Positions 47,608-58,017 are shown, counted from the stretch's first letter. The stretch: 64,000 nucleotides of DNA from an uncultured Acidobacteriota bacterium (GCA_963828465.1 CAWHEU010000022.1:64001-128000); one strand, 5' to 3'. Notes: generated from the sequence alone by a model not told the origin. Numbers and translations are program-made.

Positions 47608-48513
47608 GTGGAAGTGAGCAATCCCGATCGGGTGGTCTTCCCCGAAGATGGGATCACCAAGGGCGAGGTAGCCGACTACTACGTCCGCGTCGCCGATCGC
47701 ATGCTCCCCTTCATCGAGGGCAGGCTCCTATCGGTCGAGCGATTCCCGCGAGGGATCGAGGGTCAGGGCTTCATGCAGAAAAACGTCCCCGATCATGCGC
47801 CCGAGGACTTGATCGGGCGTCACGAGGTGCCCAAGGAGGGAGGCGGGACGACTCTCTATCCAATGGTCGACTCTGCGGAGGGGATCGCCTTCTTCGCGAA
47901 TCTCGGCGTGATCACGTTCCACGTGCCGCCGGTTCGAGCCGCGGACGAGGAGCACCCGGATTGGGTGATCTGGGACCTGGACCCGCCCGCCGACCGGGTC
48001 GAATTGGTCCGGGAGGCGGCCCGCGAGATGCGTGCAATTCTCGAAGCGTTCGGCATAGAGACTTTTCTCATGACCTCTGGTTCGAAGGGCTACCACCTTC
48101 GTGCGCTGCTCGAGCCGACCACCCATGGGGAAGAGGTCGCCCTGGTCGCCCGGGGCACCGCTGCTCTCGGCGCTGCCGCCAACGACAACCTGTTGACCCT
48201 CGCTTTCCGAAAAGCCGACCGTGGTGACCGCGTCTTTGTCGACTGGATGCGGAACACCCCGCGGTCCACGTCGGTCGTCCCCTGGTCCCTTCGGCCGAAG
48301 GCAGGTGCACCCGTCGCCACGCCGATCGCGTGGCCCGAGTTGGACGAGATCGAGCCTGACGGGATCGGGCTCATGAATGTCCAGAGTCGATCGCGAAAAC
48401 GTCCCTGGTCGAAGCTCCAGCCGGTCGACCTGGGCCCCGCCGTCGAGAAGGTGCGCAACGCGCTCGACGATGCAGCCATCGAGTTGGAGCCCTTCGACCG
48501 ATTCCGGTCTTGA
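47608..48513 (+). CDS. Stand-alone LigD-type primase-polymerase domain protein
   Basis: SNPDRVVFP..GITK, RFPRGI..GFMQKN, WDLDP, TSGSKGYH, RVFVDW.RN, WSLRP. Confidence 0.93.
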   Translation: MEVSNPDRVVFPEDGITKGEVADYYVRVADRMLPFIEGRLLSVERFPRGIEGQGFMQKNVPDHAPEDLIGRHEVPKEGGGTTLYPMVDSAEGIAFFANLGVITFHVPPVRAADEEHPDWVIWDLDPPADRVELVREAAREMRAILEAFGIETFLMTSGSKGYHLRALLEPTTHGEEVALVARGTAALGAAANDNLLTLAFRKADRGDRVFVDWMRNTPRSTSVVPWSLRPKAGAPVATPIAWPELDEIEPDGIGLMNVQSRSRKRPWSKLQPVDLGPAVEKVRNALDDAAIELEPFDRFRS

Positions 48514-48516
48514 GCC

Positions 48517-50025
48517 GTGCTCCTGGCCGATCTCGTCAATGTCTCCGCCGCGGTATCCGCGACGAGGGCTCGATCCAAGAAGATCGAGTTGCTCGCCGCG
48601 ATGCTTCGACGGCTCGCCCCCGATGAAACGGCGCCGGCCGTCTCCTATCTGAGTGGCAGGCCACGACAAGACCGGCTCGGAGTGGGATGGGCGACGGTCT
48701 ACTCCGTCGAAGCCGCCGCGGCGGAGGAGGCGTCCCTGGAGATACTCGAAGTCGATACAACTCTGGAGAGCCTGGCGGGCATGTCCGGCCCCGGATCCAA
48801 GAAGCTGCGGGAGGACCTCCTCGCCGGGATGTTCGGCCGGGCTACGGAGGCCGAGCAGCGGTTCCTGCGCGATCTCATCGTGCGCAACCTCCGGCAGGGG
48901 GCCCTTGAAGGAGTGATGGCGGACGCCGTCGCAGTTGCCCTGGGAGTGACGCCTGATCGGGTGCGTCGGGCCACCATGCTCGAGGGCGATCTGGTCACCG
49001 TTGCCTCACGGGCCCTGGCAGAAGGTCCCGACGCATTGCGGACATCGTCGCTCGGTTTGTTCACTCCGGTGCAGCCGATGCTTGCCAAAACTGCCGCCAG
49101 CGCCGGTGATGCAGTGAATGGCCTGGGCCGGGCTTTCGTGGAGTGGAAGCTCGACGGCGCCCGCATCCAGGTGCACCGGCGAGGGACTGAGGTGGCGGTC
49201 TATACCCGGAACTTGAGGGACATCACCAGTGGAGTCCCCGAGGTGGTCGCCTCAGTGCTCGAGTACCCGGCCTCCTCGTTCATCCTCGACGGCGAGGCAT
49301 TGCTCTTCGGTCCTTCAGGCCCGGAGCAGTTCCAGGACTCGATGAGCAGGTTCGGGGCTGAGGTCTCTGATCAGGCTCCGCCCCTGCGCGCCTTCTATTT
49401 CGATTGTCTCCATCTCGACGGGGTAGATCTAATCGACCAGTCGCTGCTCGAGCGTCGTGGGGCGCTGACCGGTGCGGTACCCGGGGAGTCTCTCGTGGGT
49501 TCGGTCCTCACCGATGATCCCGAAGTGGCGGATCGTTTCTTCGACGATTCGGTGGCCGCCGGCTACGAGGGTGTAGTGGTCAAGGACCCAAACCAGCCCT
49601 ACGAGGCCGGGCGAAGAGGATCGGGCTGGCTGAAGGTGAAACCAACCCACACGCTCGACCTTCTCATCCTGGCCGCAGAGTGGGGATCGGGGCGCAGAGA
49701 AGGTTGGCTGTCCAATCTCCATCTCGGTGCCGCAGACGGCAAGGGCGGGTACATCATGCTCGGTAAGACCTTCAAGGGCCTTACCGACGAAATGCTGGCA
49801 TGGCAGACCGAGCGATTTCTCGAGATCGAAGATCGCCGCACCCGGAACACCGTGTTTGTGAAGCCTGAGATCGTCTACGAGATCGCCTTCGACGGCGTCC
49901 AACGCAGCACCCGCTACCCGGGCGGTGTGGCCCTCCGTTTTGCCCGGGTCAAGCGATATCGAGAAGACAAAGGGGCCCGAGACACCGACACCATCGAGAC
50001 GGTTCGGAGCTTCGCCCGCGGCTAG
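48517..50025 (+). CDS. ligB: ATP-dependent DNA ligase (LigB type)
   Basis: PVQPMLA, EWKLDGARIQVH, EGVVVK, WLKVKP, GKTFKGLTD, ALRFARV. Confidence 0.93.
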   Translation: MLLADLVNVSAAVSATRARSKKIELLAAMLRRLAPDETAPAVSYLSGRPRQDRLGVGWATVYSVEAAAAEEASLEILEVDTTLESLAGMSGPGSKKLREDLLAGMFGRATEAEQRFLRDLIVRNLRQGALEGVMADAVAVALGVTPDRVRRATMLEGDLVTVASRALAEGPDALRTSSLGLFTPVQPMLAKTAASAGDAVNGLGRAFVEWKLDGARIQVHRRGTEVAVYTRNLRDITSGVPEVVASVLEYPASSFILDGEALLFGPSGPEQFQDSMSRFGAEVSDQAPPLRAFYFDCLHLDGVDLIDQSLLERRGALTGAVPGESLVGSVLTDDPEVADRFFDDSVAAGYEGVVVKDPNQPYEAGRRGSGWLKVKPTHTLDLLILAAEWGSGRREGWLSNLHLGAADGKGGYIMLGKTFKGLTDEMLAWQTERFLEIEDRRTRNTVFVKPEIVYEIAFDGVQRSTRYPGGVALRFARVKRYREDKGARDTDTIETVRSFARG

Positions 50026-51989
50026 GCCGGGGTCTTCCAGTCGATGGTGTGGAGCTTCACCGCGCCATCGATCCCTTTGAGCTCGACGTCCCTTCCCTCG
50101 GAGACGCCGTATGAGATCGCATCGATTGTCTGTAGCGCGGCCTCGGAGATGACGATCTCGTCGGCATCCGCCGCCGCGCTGACCCTGGCAGCCCTATGCA
50201 CTCCGAGTCCCCGGTAGTCACTGCCATCCGTGGTGGCCTCGTCGGTGTGAAGCCCGATTCGGACCGAAGGGGCGAACCCCTGGTCGCGTGAGTGTTCGGA
50301 GAGGCGACGCTGGATGGTCACCGCCGCCTCCACGGCATCGGTTCCGCTGTCGAAGCTGACGAAGAATCCATCGCCGGTGTGGCTCACCTCGGTGCCGTGA
50401 TGCTCGACGAAGGCGGCCCGCACGATGCGATCATGGGAGGCGAGAAGCGATTCCCATTTCGCATCCCCGATCAGGCTCACCAGATCGGTGGAGGTGACGA
50501 TGTCGGTGAACATGAAGGTCTTGGTGACTCGAGATCGATCTGGTGCTCCGTCGATGGCGTAGAGGATCTCATCCACCCGCCGCAGATCGAGGGCCGCTCC
50601 CAGCTTCTCGAACACCGAACGAGCAGCGCCCAGCTCCAATCGAGCCTGAGCCTCGTCGTCGGCCGCGACGTGGGCCTGACCCAACAACACTCGAGCTCGA
50701 GCACCCTCGTAGGGAAAGCCGATCTCCCGCCAGACCCGCCCCGCCCGGGTCAATTCGCGGATCGCGGCTGGGTGGTCGCCCTCTTCCAGCAGGACCGAGC
50801 CGCGAGCGGTGAGGGCCATCGCTTGGAATGCCGGTCGTTGGTACTCCTCGGCGAGTCGCTCCAACTCCTCAGTTGCGGTTCGGGCGGTGTCGGTGTCGCC
50901 CCTGGCCAGGGCCACCTCGACCTGAGCCGGGAGCAGGCGGGCCCTCATCAGCAAGTCGGTGGCCGGACCCGCCTCGTCGTCGGAGAGTGCGATCATCAGT
51001 GCCCGGGCCGCTTCGTCGGCCTGACCCCTGGCCAGCATCAACAAGGCAAACCCGGGTTGGGGAACGACACCGTGCTCGTAGGCGATGTTGAAAGCGGCTT
51101 CCGCCCCGGCGAGATCGCCCATATGGAGGCGGATCTCGCCCACCTCATATTGTCCGTGGCCGACCCCGTCGAGCATGTGATAGCGCTCCAACTCCTGGCA
51201 TGCGCTGAGCGCCTCCTGCTCGGCCTCGGTCCAATTCCCATGAAGACGCTTCAACTCGGCGCGATGGACCCGGCATACCCCTGAATAGCCCCCGACCGAA
51301 TGGCGGGTCATCCATCTGTCTGCTTCTTCAGTCCATTCCCCGGCGCGTCGGAAATCGCCAACGTCGCGGCAGGCCGAGATCGTGACGCAGTAGACGTCGC
51401 TGGCCGACCGCAATCCGGCATTTCCGGACAAGGCCACGGAGGTTGCTTCGTCGATCAGGGCCAGCCCCTCCATCCAATCGCCCCTGGCCAGCATGGCGTA
51501 GCCCTTGAACACTTGCGCTTGAGACTCGGCATCGCTGCTTCCGGTCCGGCGGGCAATCTCCAGAGCCTCGTCGGCCAGGACTATGCCCTCGTCCAGATCT
51601 CGACGCATCGCGATGGCTTCGTAGACCTCCATCACTTTCAGCGACGCATGGGCGGTCGATTCGGGTTGACCTTCCAACAGCCTGACCGCCCTTGCCCGCC
51701 AACCGTTGGCCACCGAGCCTGCAAGCCTCCGAGCCGCCAGATAGGCGAGGAGAACGGCGACCCTGGCGGCATCCATTGGCATGTCGGCGCCGACATAGCC
51801 GTTGAAGGCCCGTTCCAAAGCGTCGACGGACTCGTCGGGGTGGGCGGTCCACCATGCGGCGTCTGCGAGTAGCTCGAGGTCCGCCGGTGACAACGCCTCT
51901 TCGCCATCGGCTTCGGTCAGCGTTTTCCGCGCTTCTTCCCAGGCCTCGCGGCCGGCTGCTGCCCTTCCCGTCTCCAGCGTTAGCACCAC
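50022..51989 (-). CDS. TPR-like N-terminus + C-terminal class III cyclase domain protein
   Basis: TFMFTDIVTST, TGDGFF, VRIGLH, DYRGLGVHRAARV; TAGTCT 6 nt before GTG. Confidence 0.9.
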   Translation of the reverse strand: MVLTLETGRAAAGREAWEEARKTLTEADGEEALSPADLELLADAAWWTAHPDESVDALERAFNGYVGADMPMDAARVAVLLAYLAARRLAGSVANGWRARAVRLLEGQPESTAHASLKVMEVYEAIAMRRDLDEGIVLADEALEIARRTGSSDAESQAQVFKGYAMLARGDWMEGLALIDEATSVALSGNAGLRSASDVYCVTISACRDVGDFRRAGEWTEEADRWMTRHSVGGYSGVCRVHRAELKRLHGNWTEAEQEALSACQELERYHMLDGVGHGQYEVGEIRLHMGDLAGAEAAFNIAYEHGVVPQPGFALLMLARGQADEAARALMIALSDDEAGPATDLLMRARLLPAQVEVALARGDTDTARTATEELERLAEEYQRPAFQAMALTARGSVLLEEGDHPAAIRELTRAGRVWREIGFPYEGARARVLLGQAHVAADDEAQARLELGAARSVFEKLGAALDLRRVDEILYAIDGAPDRSRVTKTFMFTDIVTSTDLVSLIGDAKWESLLASHDRIVRAAFVEHHGTEVSHTGDGFFVSFDSGTDAVEAAVTIQRRLSEHSRDQGFAPSVRIGLHTDEATTDGSDYRGLGVHRAARVSAAADADEIVISEAALQTIDAISYGVSEGRDVELKGIDGAVKLHTIDWKTPA

Positions 51990-52109
51990 GCCGCAAGACT
52001 ACCGAGGAAAATGGGCCTTATTCCGACTGGTTCCGGTTGACCGTGCTACACCGTTAGGGTGATTGCGCGGTCGCGGGAGGGCGATCTGACAACATTCTCG
52101 AGGTCCACC

Positions 52110-53312
52110 ATGTATCGACGTACTGCTGTTTTGCTCGTCCTAGCCGTCATCGCCGCTGCGTGCACCGCCGAGGAAGCGGTCGAATCCACCACCACATCGA
52201 CGACAGAATCCACCACGACGACGACTTCGACGACGACGACGGTGCCGCCGACGACCACGACCACCATCCCGCCGTTCAACATCAAGGATGCTCCTCCCCG
52301 TCTCGAGAGGGTGATCCAGCAGTTCTACGCCTATGCCAGTGGCGACGCTCCCAATCCACCACGGATGTCACCGCCGATTCTGAATGCGATCAAGCCTGCA
52401 CCGGTGAAAACGCCCCGCTCGGGGGTCGCCTCCGTCGGTTTGTTCAAGAAAGACCGTGTCGCCACTGTCAAGATGAATGATGACATCTTTCTCCTGGTGC
52501 ACAACGGCGACGGGTGGCGCATCGTCGGCGGCAAATGGCCCAGCATCTCGGTCCCTGCCCGATGGGGCCCGAGCCCACGTCTGGTCGCGGTGGTGGGTTC
52601 AGACGCCCGGCCAGGGGAGAACATCCTCACGACCCGAACCGACAGCATTCATTTCGTCGGTCTCGACGGCAAGGGCCACGGTGGGATCGTGGGCGTCCCC
52701 CGTGACTCCTGGGTCCCCATCGCCGGAGGGGGACGGTCGAAGATCAATGCCGCACTCAGTTGGGCCGGCCCCGAGGGGATGATGGAGACCTTCCGCGACC
52801 TGAGCGGTCTCCCCGTCGAGGGATACGTGATGACAGGATTTCTCGGGTTCGAGGAGATGATCAGCTCGGTCCTGGGTGGGTTCGAGCTCGGCGTGCCATA
52901 TCGCATGAAGGACCAAGCCGCCAAAGCTGACTTGGAGGCGGGCCGACAGATAGTCGATGGCGACCAGGCTCTTGCTTTCTCACGGGCCCGCAAGACCCTC
53001 CCCAACGGCGACTTCGACAGATCGTTCAATCAGGGGCGCGTGATGCTCGATGTCATGAAAAACCTGAAGGGGCGGGGGATCATGGCGATACCGAAACTCC
53101 TCGAGTTGTCGGAGCCGTTCATGATGACCGACCTCGGTCCGGCAGAGCTTCTCACCTTCGCCGCTCAGACCGTCGTAGCCAAGCCGGCGGCGGTCCCCAA
53201 TGTGGTGTTGCCCGGCTCGGCGGGTCAGGCGGGTCAGGCCAGTGTCGTCTTCTTGTCAGACTCGGCATCCGACGTGTTTGCCGACCTGGCCGACGGCCGA
53301 TTGGGCGGCTGA
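52110..53312 (+). CDS. LCP (LytR-CpsA-Psr) family lipoprotein
   Basis: Lipobox AAAC, Thr-rich linker, GSDAR, RTDSI, VPRDSWV, KINAA, ALAFSRARK..GDFDR..NQ. Confidence 0.92.
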   Translation: MYRRTAVLLVLAVIAAACTAEEAVESTTTSTTESTTTTTSTTTTVPPTTTTTIPPFNIKDAPPRLERVIQQFYAYASGDAPNPPRMSPPILNAIKPAPVKTPRSGVASVGLFKKDRVATVKMNDDIFLLVHNGDGWRIVGGKWPSISVPARWGPSPRLVAVVGSDARPGENILTTRTDSIHFVGLDGKGHGGIVGVPRDSWVPIAGGGRSKINAALSWAGPEGMMETFRDLSGLPVEGYVMTGFLGFEEMISSVLGGFELGVPYRMKDQAAKADLEAGRQIVDGDQALAFSRARKTLPNGDFDRSFNQGRVMLDVMKNLKGRGIMAIPKLLELSEPFMMTDLGPAELLTFAAQTVVAKPAAVPNVVLPGSAGQAGQASVVFLSDSASDVFADLADGRLGG

Positions 53313-53321
53313 GCCCGAGGG

Positions 53322-53606
53322 TCAGCGGGAGTCGATGCTCCCCGTCCCGCTCGGGGAATTCTCGAAGAGACGAAGGTCGATCACTTCCTGGTGATCACGG
53401 AAATGCTCCCAACAAGGATCGCAGAAACGCACGCGCCATGTAATGGCTCGGCCGGAATGACCAACCACGTACTCACCGCGGTCGGCCTCCCCAACGTGCT
53501 CGCAGTTGGCAGTCAGTTCGCCGACAAGGGCGTCGCCGACCACCGAGGCAACGACGCTTCCCGAGCCTCGCACCAATGTGACCTTGGTATCTACAGCAGC
53601 CATCAC
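53322..53606 (-). CDS. Small hypothetical protein with CxH...CxxC
   Basis: Fills the gap between genes; CEH and CDPC. Confidence 0.5.
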   Translation of the reverse strand: MMAAVDTKVTLVRGSGSVVASVVGDALVGELTANCEHVGEADRGEYVVGHSGRAITWRVRFCDPCWEHFRDHQEVIDLRLFENSPSGTGSIDSR

Positions 53607-53704
53607 ACATATTCACTCGGCATATAGGTCCAGCGACCCAAGCGACTTCTGAGAACTTTTTCGACAATTTGTCCTGCCCGATGCCCGGTTAGCGTGCTCC
53701 GCCC

Positions 53705-54376
53705 ATGGACCGACCCATCCGGCTGATGACGGCCAACCTGCTCAGCGGCAGGGCAGACATCGTCCATCTCGACGACATCCTGCGCCAGTTTGATCCTGAC
53801 CTGCTCCTGATTCAGGAACTCGGCGAGAACGCGGCCGACCTCATCGCAGACCGCTTCGACTACCACGATCTTCATCCCGATCTCGAGGCCAAAGGCCGCG
53901 GGATCGCCAGCAGGCTGCCTGCAACCTTCCTGGAATTGCCGCTTCCGTGGCGGCCCGGATTGTGGGCGCGACTCGACCTCGGACTTCAGGTAGCCAACAT
54001 CCACGTTCGGAACGCCGTGACCTTTCCGTGGTGGACGTCGGTGAAGTATCGGGGAACGCAGCTGGAATCCTTGTTCGAGTGGGCCGAGGTCAATCTCGAT
54101 CCATCTGTTCCCTTCGTGCTCGCCGGCGACATGAACGCTTCGCCCGCCTGGCCGGTATATCGGAGTCTCGCCGAGCGTTGGGACGATCTCGTCGCTCGTT
54201 GGGCTGAGCAGTCGGGCAACAGGCCGATGCCGACCTGGGGGTGGCGACCCGGGTGGCCAAGGATGCTGCGAATCGACCACGTCTTCGGACGAGGGGTCAG
54301 CGTCGCCTCGACATCGGTGGCTCCGATACGGGGATCCGATCATGCGGCGGTCGTCGTCGATCTCGTCTCCGACTGA
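53705..54376 (+). CDS. Endonuclease/exonuclease/phosphatase family protein
   Basis: RLMTANL, PDLLLIQE, AGDMN, RIDHVF, GSDH. Confidence 0.92.
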   Translation: MDRPIRLMTANLLSGRADIVHLDDILRQFDPDLLLIQELGENAADLIADRFDYHDLHPDLEAKGRGIASRLPATFLELPLPWRPGLWARLDLGLQVANIHVRNAVTFPWWTSVKYRGTQLESLFEWAEVNLDPSVPFVLAGDMNASPAWPVYRSLAERWDDLVARWAEQSGNRPMPTWGWRPGWPRMLRIDHVFGRGVSVASTSVAPIRGSDHAAVVVDLVSD

Positions 54377-54504
54377 TCCCGAGCCGTTTCAAACGGTTCG
54401 CAACCGCGATCTGGAACGACTGGGCCGTCCGACCTATGGCCTCCCACCCACCGCGGGGCCAGCCTGTCGGTCGGGGTTGGCCCTCGAGTGGAGGCTTGTC
54501 AAAT

Positions 54505-54735
54505 ATGCGCGTCCTGAGCCGCAAATTGCGGAAGAGTCGTTGTCGTCATCTCAGCACTGTTTCCGTTCACACGTTGGGGTTCGAGCGCCTCGTGTGTGAA
54601 ACCTGCGGGCACGTCGATGTCCACATGCCCGATGGCGGCGGAACGGTCGAAACCGAAGTCGACCGAGCCGTATTCGCTCGACCTTCCGATCTCGAGCCAG
54701 ACACGTCTTCGGGTCGTCACCGAATGGGCCGATAG
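54505..54735 (+). CDS. Small putative zinc-ribbon protein
   Basis: RBS GGAGG; CRH...ERLVCETCGHV. Confidence 0.62.
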   Translation: MRVLSRKLRKSRCRHLSTVSVHTLGFERLVCETCGHVDVHMPDGGGTVETEVDRAVFARPSDLEPDTSSGRHRMGR

Positions 54736-54741
54736 CCCAGC

Positions 54742-57039
54742 TCAGGCTTGGAGCGCCGCCTCCAGGACGTCGCCTGCGTTGTCGGCGATGGTGAAGGCCA
54801 TCTCGTCCCGCACCTTCTCCGGCACGTCGTCGAGGTCGGCTTCGTTGCGACGAGGCACGATCACTTCTTTGAGACCGGCCCGGTGGGCGGCGAGCACTTT
54901 CTGCTTTACCCCCCCGATCGGCAGCACCTTGCCCTGAAGCGTGATCTCCCCGGTCATCCCGACCGTGTCCTTGACCTTGCGCCCTGTGAGCAGCGATACC
55001 AGCGCGGTGAGCATCGCCACACCGGCCGATGGGCCATCTTTCGGGATGGCTCCGGCGGGGACGTGGACGTGGTATCGCTTGGTCATAGCAGTTGGATCGA
55101 TGCCGAGCTCGTCGGCGTGGGCCTCGACATACGACAGAGCGATTCGAGCCGACTCTTTCATCACATCGCCGAGTTGACCGGTCAATGTCAGGCCGGGTTC
55201 GCCGTCCATGGCGGTGGCCTCGATGAACAACACGTCGCCACCGGCGCCGGTGACGGCCAGACCGGTCGCCACCCCGGGCACATCGGTGCGGTCAGATGCC
55301 TCGTCTTTCCAGACCTTTGGCTTGCCCAGATAGTCCCTGACCAAATGCTCGTCGATCACCACTTGGTTCGTTACAGATTCCTTGGCCACCTCGGTGGCGA
55401 CCTTGCGGGCGAGCTTGCCCAGCTCCCGCTCGAGATTCCTCACTCCGGCCTCCCGCGTGTAGCGATCGACCACGGCGGCCAGGGCGTCCTCGGTGACCTC
55501 CAACTCTTCGGGCTCGAGTCCTGTTGCGCGGAGCTGACGGGGGAGGAGGTGGTCACGTGCGATCTCCACCTTCTCGGCGTCGGTGTAGCCGTCGATGTTG
55601 ATCACCTCGGTCCGATCCAGGAGCGGGCCGGGGATGGTCTCCAGCACGTTGGCGGTGCCGATGAAGAGAACCTGTGACAGGTCGAGATCGACCTCGAGAT
55701 AGTGGTCCCGGAAGGTGTGATTCTGGGCAGGATCCAGCACTTCGAGCAGGGCAGACGACGGGTCCCCCCGCCAGTCGGCGCCGACCTTGTCCATCTCATC
55801 GAGCAGGAACACTGGGTTCATCGTCTCGGCTTCGGTGAGGGCACGGGCGATTCGCCCCGGCCGTGCTCCGACATAGGTCCGGCGGTGCCCGCGGATCTCA
55901 GCTTCGTCCCTCACCCCACCAAGGGCGACGCGGACAAACTTGCGGCCGAGGGCACGGGCGACTGACTCACCGAGAGAGGTCTTGCCGACGCCGGGAGGGC
56001 CGACGAGGAGCAGGATCGTGCCAGTGTTGCGATCGTCGCCATCGATCAGGCCACGTTCGGCACGGAGCTTCCGCACGGCCAGATGCTCGATGATCCGCTC
56101 TTTGACATCGATGAGGCCCGTGTGATCGGCGTCGAGCACGGTCCATGCCTCCTCGAGGTCGAGCCGGTCCTCAGAAGAAACGCCCCAGGGCAGCTCGAAC
56201 ATGGTGTCGAGCCAAGTGCGGATCCACGAGTGCTCCGGTGATTGTTCGCTCATTCGGTCCAGGCGGTCGATCTCCCGCTCGATGGAATCGGCCACCTTCT
56301 CGGGAAGATCCCGCTCGGCCAGCTTGGCCCGGTATTCAGAACCAATGTCCGCGTCCTCGCCCAACTCCTTGCGGATGGCGTCCATCTGCTGACGGAGGAT
56401 GTAGTCCTTCTGCCCCTTTTCGATCTGCTCGGCAGCCTCGTCGCGCACCTTGCGCCGAAGCTCGAGGTCGGCCAGTACCTCACGCATCCAGACCAGGAGC
56501 TTGCCGATGCGTTGGCGGATGTCGAGGGCCTCGAGGAGCTCTACCTTCTGTTCCAGGGAGAGGTCGGGGGAGTAGACGGCCAGGTCGGCCAGACGCGACG
56601 GATTGTCGACGTCGAGGAGACGCTCGGCCACGCCGGCCATGCCCCTGTTCTCGAGGACGGCGATGACCACCGCCCTGTACTCGGCCACCAGGGAATCGAG
56701 CTCGTCATCGATGATGTCGACCTCGGGGGAAGACTCGGCGTCGACCCACAAGGCACCGGTCTCGTCGACCGAACCGGCGCCGACGCGCGCCCGGGAGACG
56801 CCAGACACGACGATGTTGCCATCGTTGTCAGCCTCCTGGATGTCGGCAATGGTCCCGACGGTGGCGTATCGACCTTCGAGCCGGGGGACAAGGAGAAGGC
56901 GCCCGTCAGCCCTGGATGCAGCGGCGAGGGCGGTCCGGCCCTCTTCAGTCTCGATCCGAATGGTCACGACCATGTGCGGGAAGACCACACCGTTGTGAAG
57001 AGGGAGGACGGGAAGGGTCAGTTGGGCGGTCTCGGGCAT
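54742..57039 (-). CDS. lon: Lon protease (endopeptidase La)
   Basis: LPVLPL..GVVFP, GPPGVGKTS, GHRRTYVGARPG, DPSSALLEVLDP, PKDGPSAG, PIGGVKQK. Confidence 0.97.
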   Translation of the reverse strand: MPETAQLTLPVLPLHNGVVFPHMVVTIRIETEEGRTALAAASRADGRLLLVPRLEGRYATVGTIADIQEADNDGNIVVSGVSRARVGAGSVDETGALWVDAESSPEVDIIDDELDSLVAEYRAVVIAVLENRGMAGVAERLLDVDNPSRLADLAVYSPDLSLEQKVELLEALDIRQRIGKLLVWMREVLADLELRRKVRDEAAEQIEKGQKDYILRQQMDAIRKELGEDADIGSEYRAKLAERDLPEKVADSIEREIDRLDRMSEQSPEHSWIRTWLDTMFELPWGVSSEDRLDLEEAWTVLDADHTGLIDVKERIIEHLAVRKLRAERGLIDGDDRNTGTILLLVGPPGVGKTSLGESVARALGRKFVRVALGGVRDEAEIRGHRRTYVGARPGRIARALTEAETMNPVFLLDEMDKVGADWRGDPSSALLEVLDPAQNHTFRDHYLEVDLDLSQVLFIGTANVLETIPGPLLDRTEVINIDGYTDAEKVEIARDHLLPRQLRATGLEPEELEVTEDALAAVVDRYTREAGVRNLERELGKLARKVATEVAKESVTNQVVIDEHLVRDYLGKPKVWKDEASDRTDVPGVATGLAVTGAGGDVLFIEATAMDGEPGLTLTGQLGDVMKESARIALSYVEAHADELGIDPTAMTKRYHVHVPAGAIPKDGPSAGVAMLTALVSLLTGRKVKDTVGMTGEITLQGKVLPIGGVKQKVLAAHRAGLKEVIVPRRNEADLDDVPEKVRDEMAFTIADNAGDVLEAALQA

Positions 57040-57186
57040 GGGCTGGGTTGTCCTTTGAGTCTCGATTGGAAACCGGTGCAACACGCATCCCCGGTTTCCT
57101 ATTCCACGATCTGAGTCGACCTTGCTCAGGTTTGGTCAGCCAGGAGTAGGTAAGCCCTTGATCAATGACGCCCGTCTGCTCTGATC

Positions 57187-58017
57187 TCAGAGCCCAGTCG
57201 TGTCGGAATCGTCCGCAACCCGTTGACCGTTGTCCAGAGTCGATAGGGCCCGCATCTCGTCATCGCTGAGCGAAAAGTCGAATACGTCCAGGTTTGGTGC
57301 GAGGCGTTCGCGTCGAGCGGTCTTCGGTATCGGGATCAACCCGAGCTGGAGATGCCATCGAAGCACGACCTGTGCCGGCGTTCTGTCCCGGGCACGTGCC
57401 ATCTCGGCGATCACCGGGTCGGCGAGCAAGCCCCCACCTTGACCGATTGGGGCCCACGACTCGGTGACGATGCCATGGTGGTTGTGGTACTCCCGTTCCG
57501 CCTCCCGCGCCATCCAGGGATTGAGCTGGATCTGATTGACGTGGGGGACCACCCCCGTCTCGTCGATGAGTCGCTGCAGATGTGACGGCTTGAAGTTGGA
57601 GACTCCGATCGCCCTGACTCTTTCCTGCTGCAGCAACTCGATCATCCCTCGCCAGGCGTCGACGAACTTCCCCAGCCTCGGATTCGGCCAGTGGATCAGG
57701 AACAAGTCGAGATAGTCGAGCCCGAGACGTTTGCAGCTGATGGCAAACGCTTCTTGGGCTTCCTCGTACCCGTGCCACCGCTGGCTGAGCTTGGTCGTGA
57801 CGAACAGCTCGCCACGCTCGACCCCACCAGCGCGCAATGCCCGCCCCACTCCTTCCTCGTTGCGATACATCTCGGCGGTGTCGATCAGCCGGTATCCGGC
57901 ATCGATGGCAGCGACCACCATTTTCTCGGCATCTCCATCCGGGATGGGCCAGGTCCCGTATCCGATCGCGGGCATCGACACACCGTTGGAGAGGTCGACG
58001 TGCTTTCCGGCGGTCAT
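57187..58017 (-). CDS. Aldo/keto reductase (2,5-DKG reductase-like)
   Basis: GYRLIDTAEMY.NE, LFVTTK, LIHWP, IGVSNF, IPK. Confidence 0.95.
   Translation of the reverse strand: MTAGKHVDLSNGVSMPAIGYGTWPIPDGDAEKMVVAAIDAGYRLIDTAEMYRNEEGVGRALRAGGVERGELFVTTKLSQRWHGYEEAQEAFAISCKRLGLDYLDLFLIHWPNPRLGKFVDAWRGMIELLQQERVRAIGVSNFKPSHLQRLIDETGVVPHVNQIQLNPWMAREAEREYHNHHGIVTESWAPIGQGGGLLADPVIAEMARARDRTPAQVVLRWHLQLGLIPIPKTARRERLAPNLDVFDFSLSDDEMRALSTLDNGQRVADDSDTTGL

Noticed and set aside
52185-52268. ACC/ACG-rich low-complexity tract
   Set aside because: Ordinary Thr-rich linker of the LCP lipoprotein.
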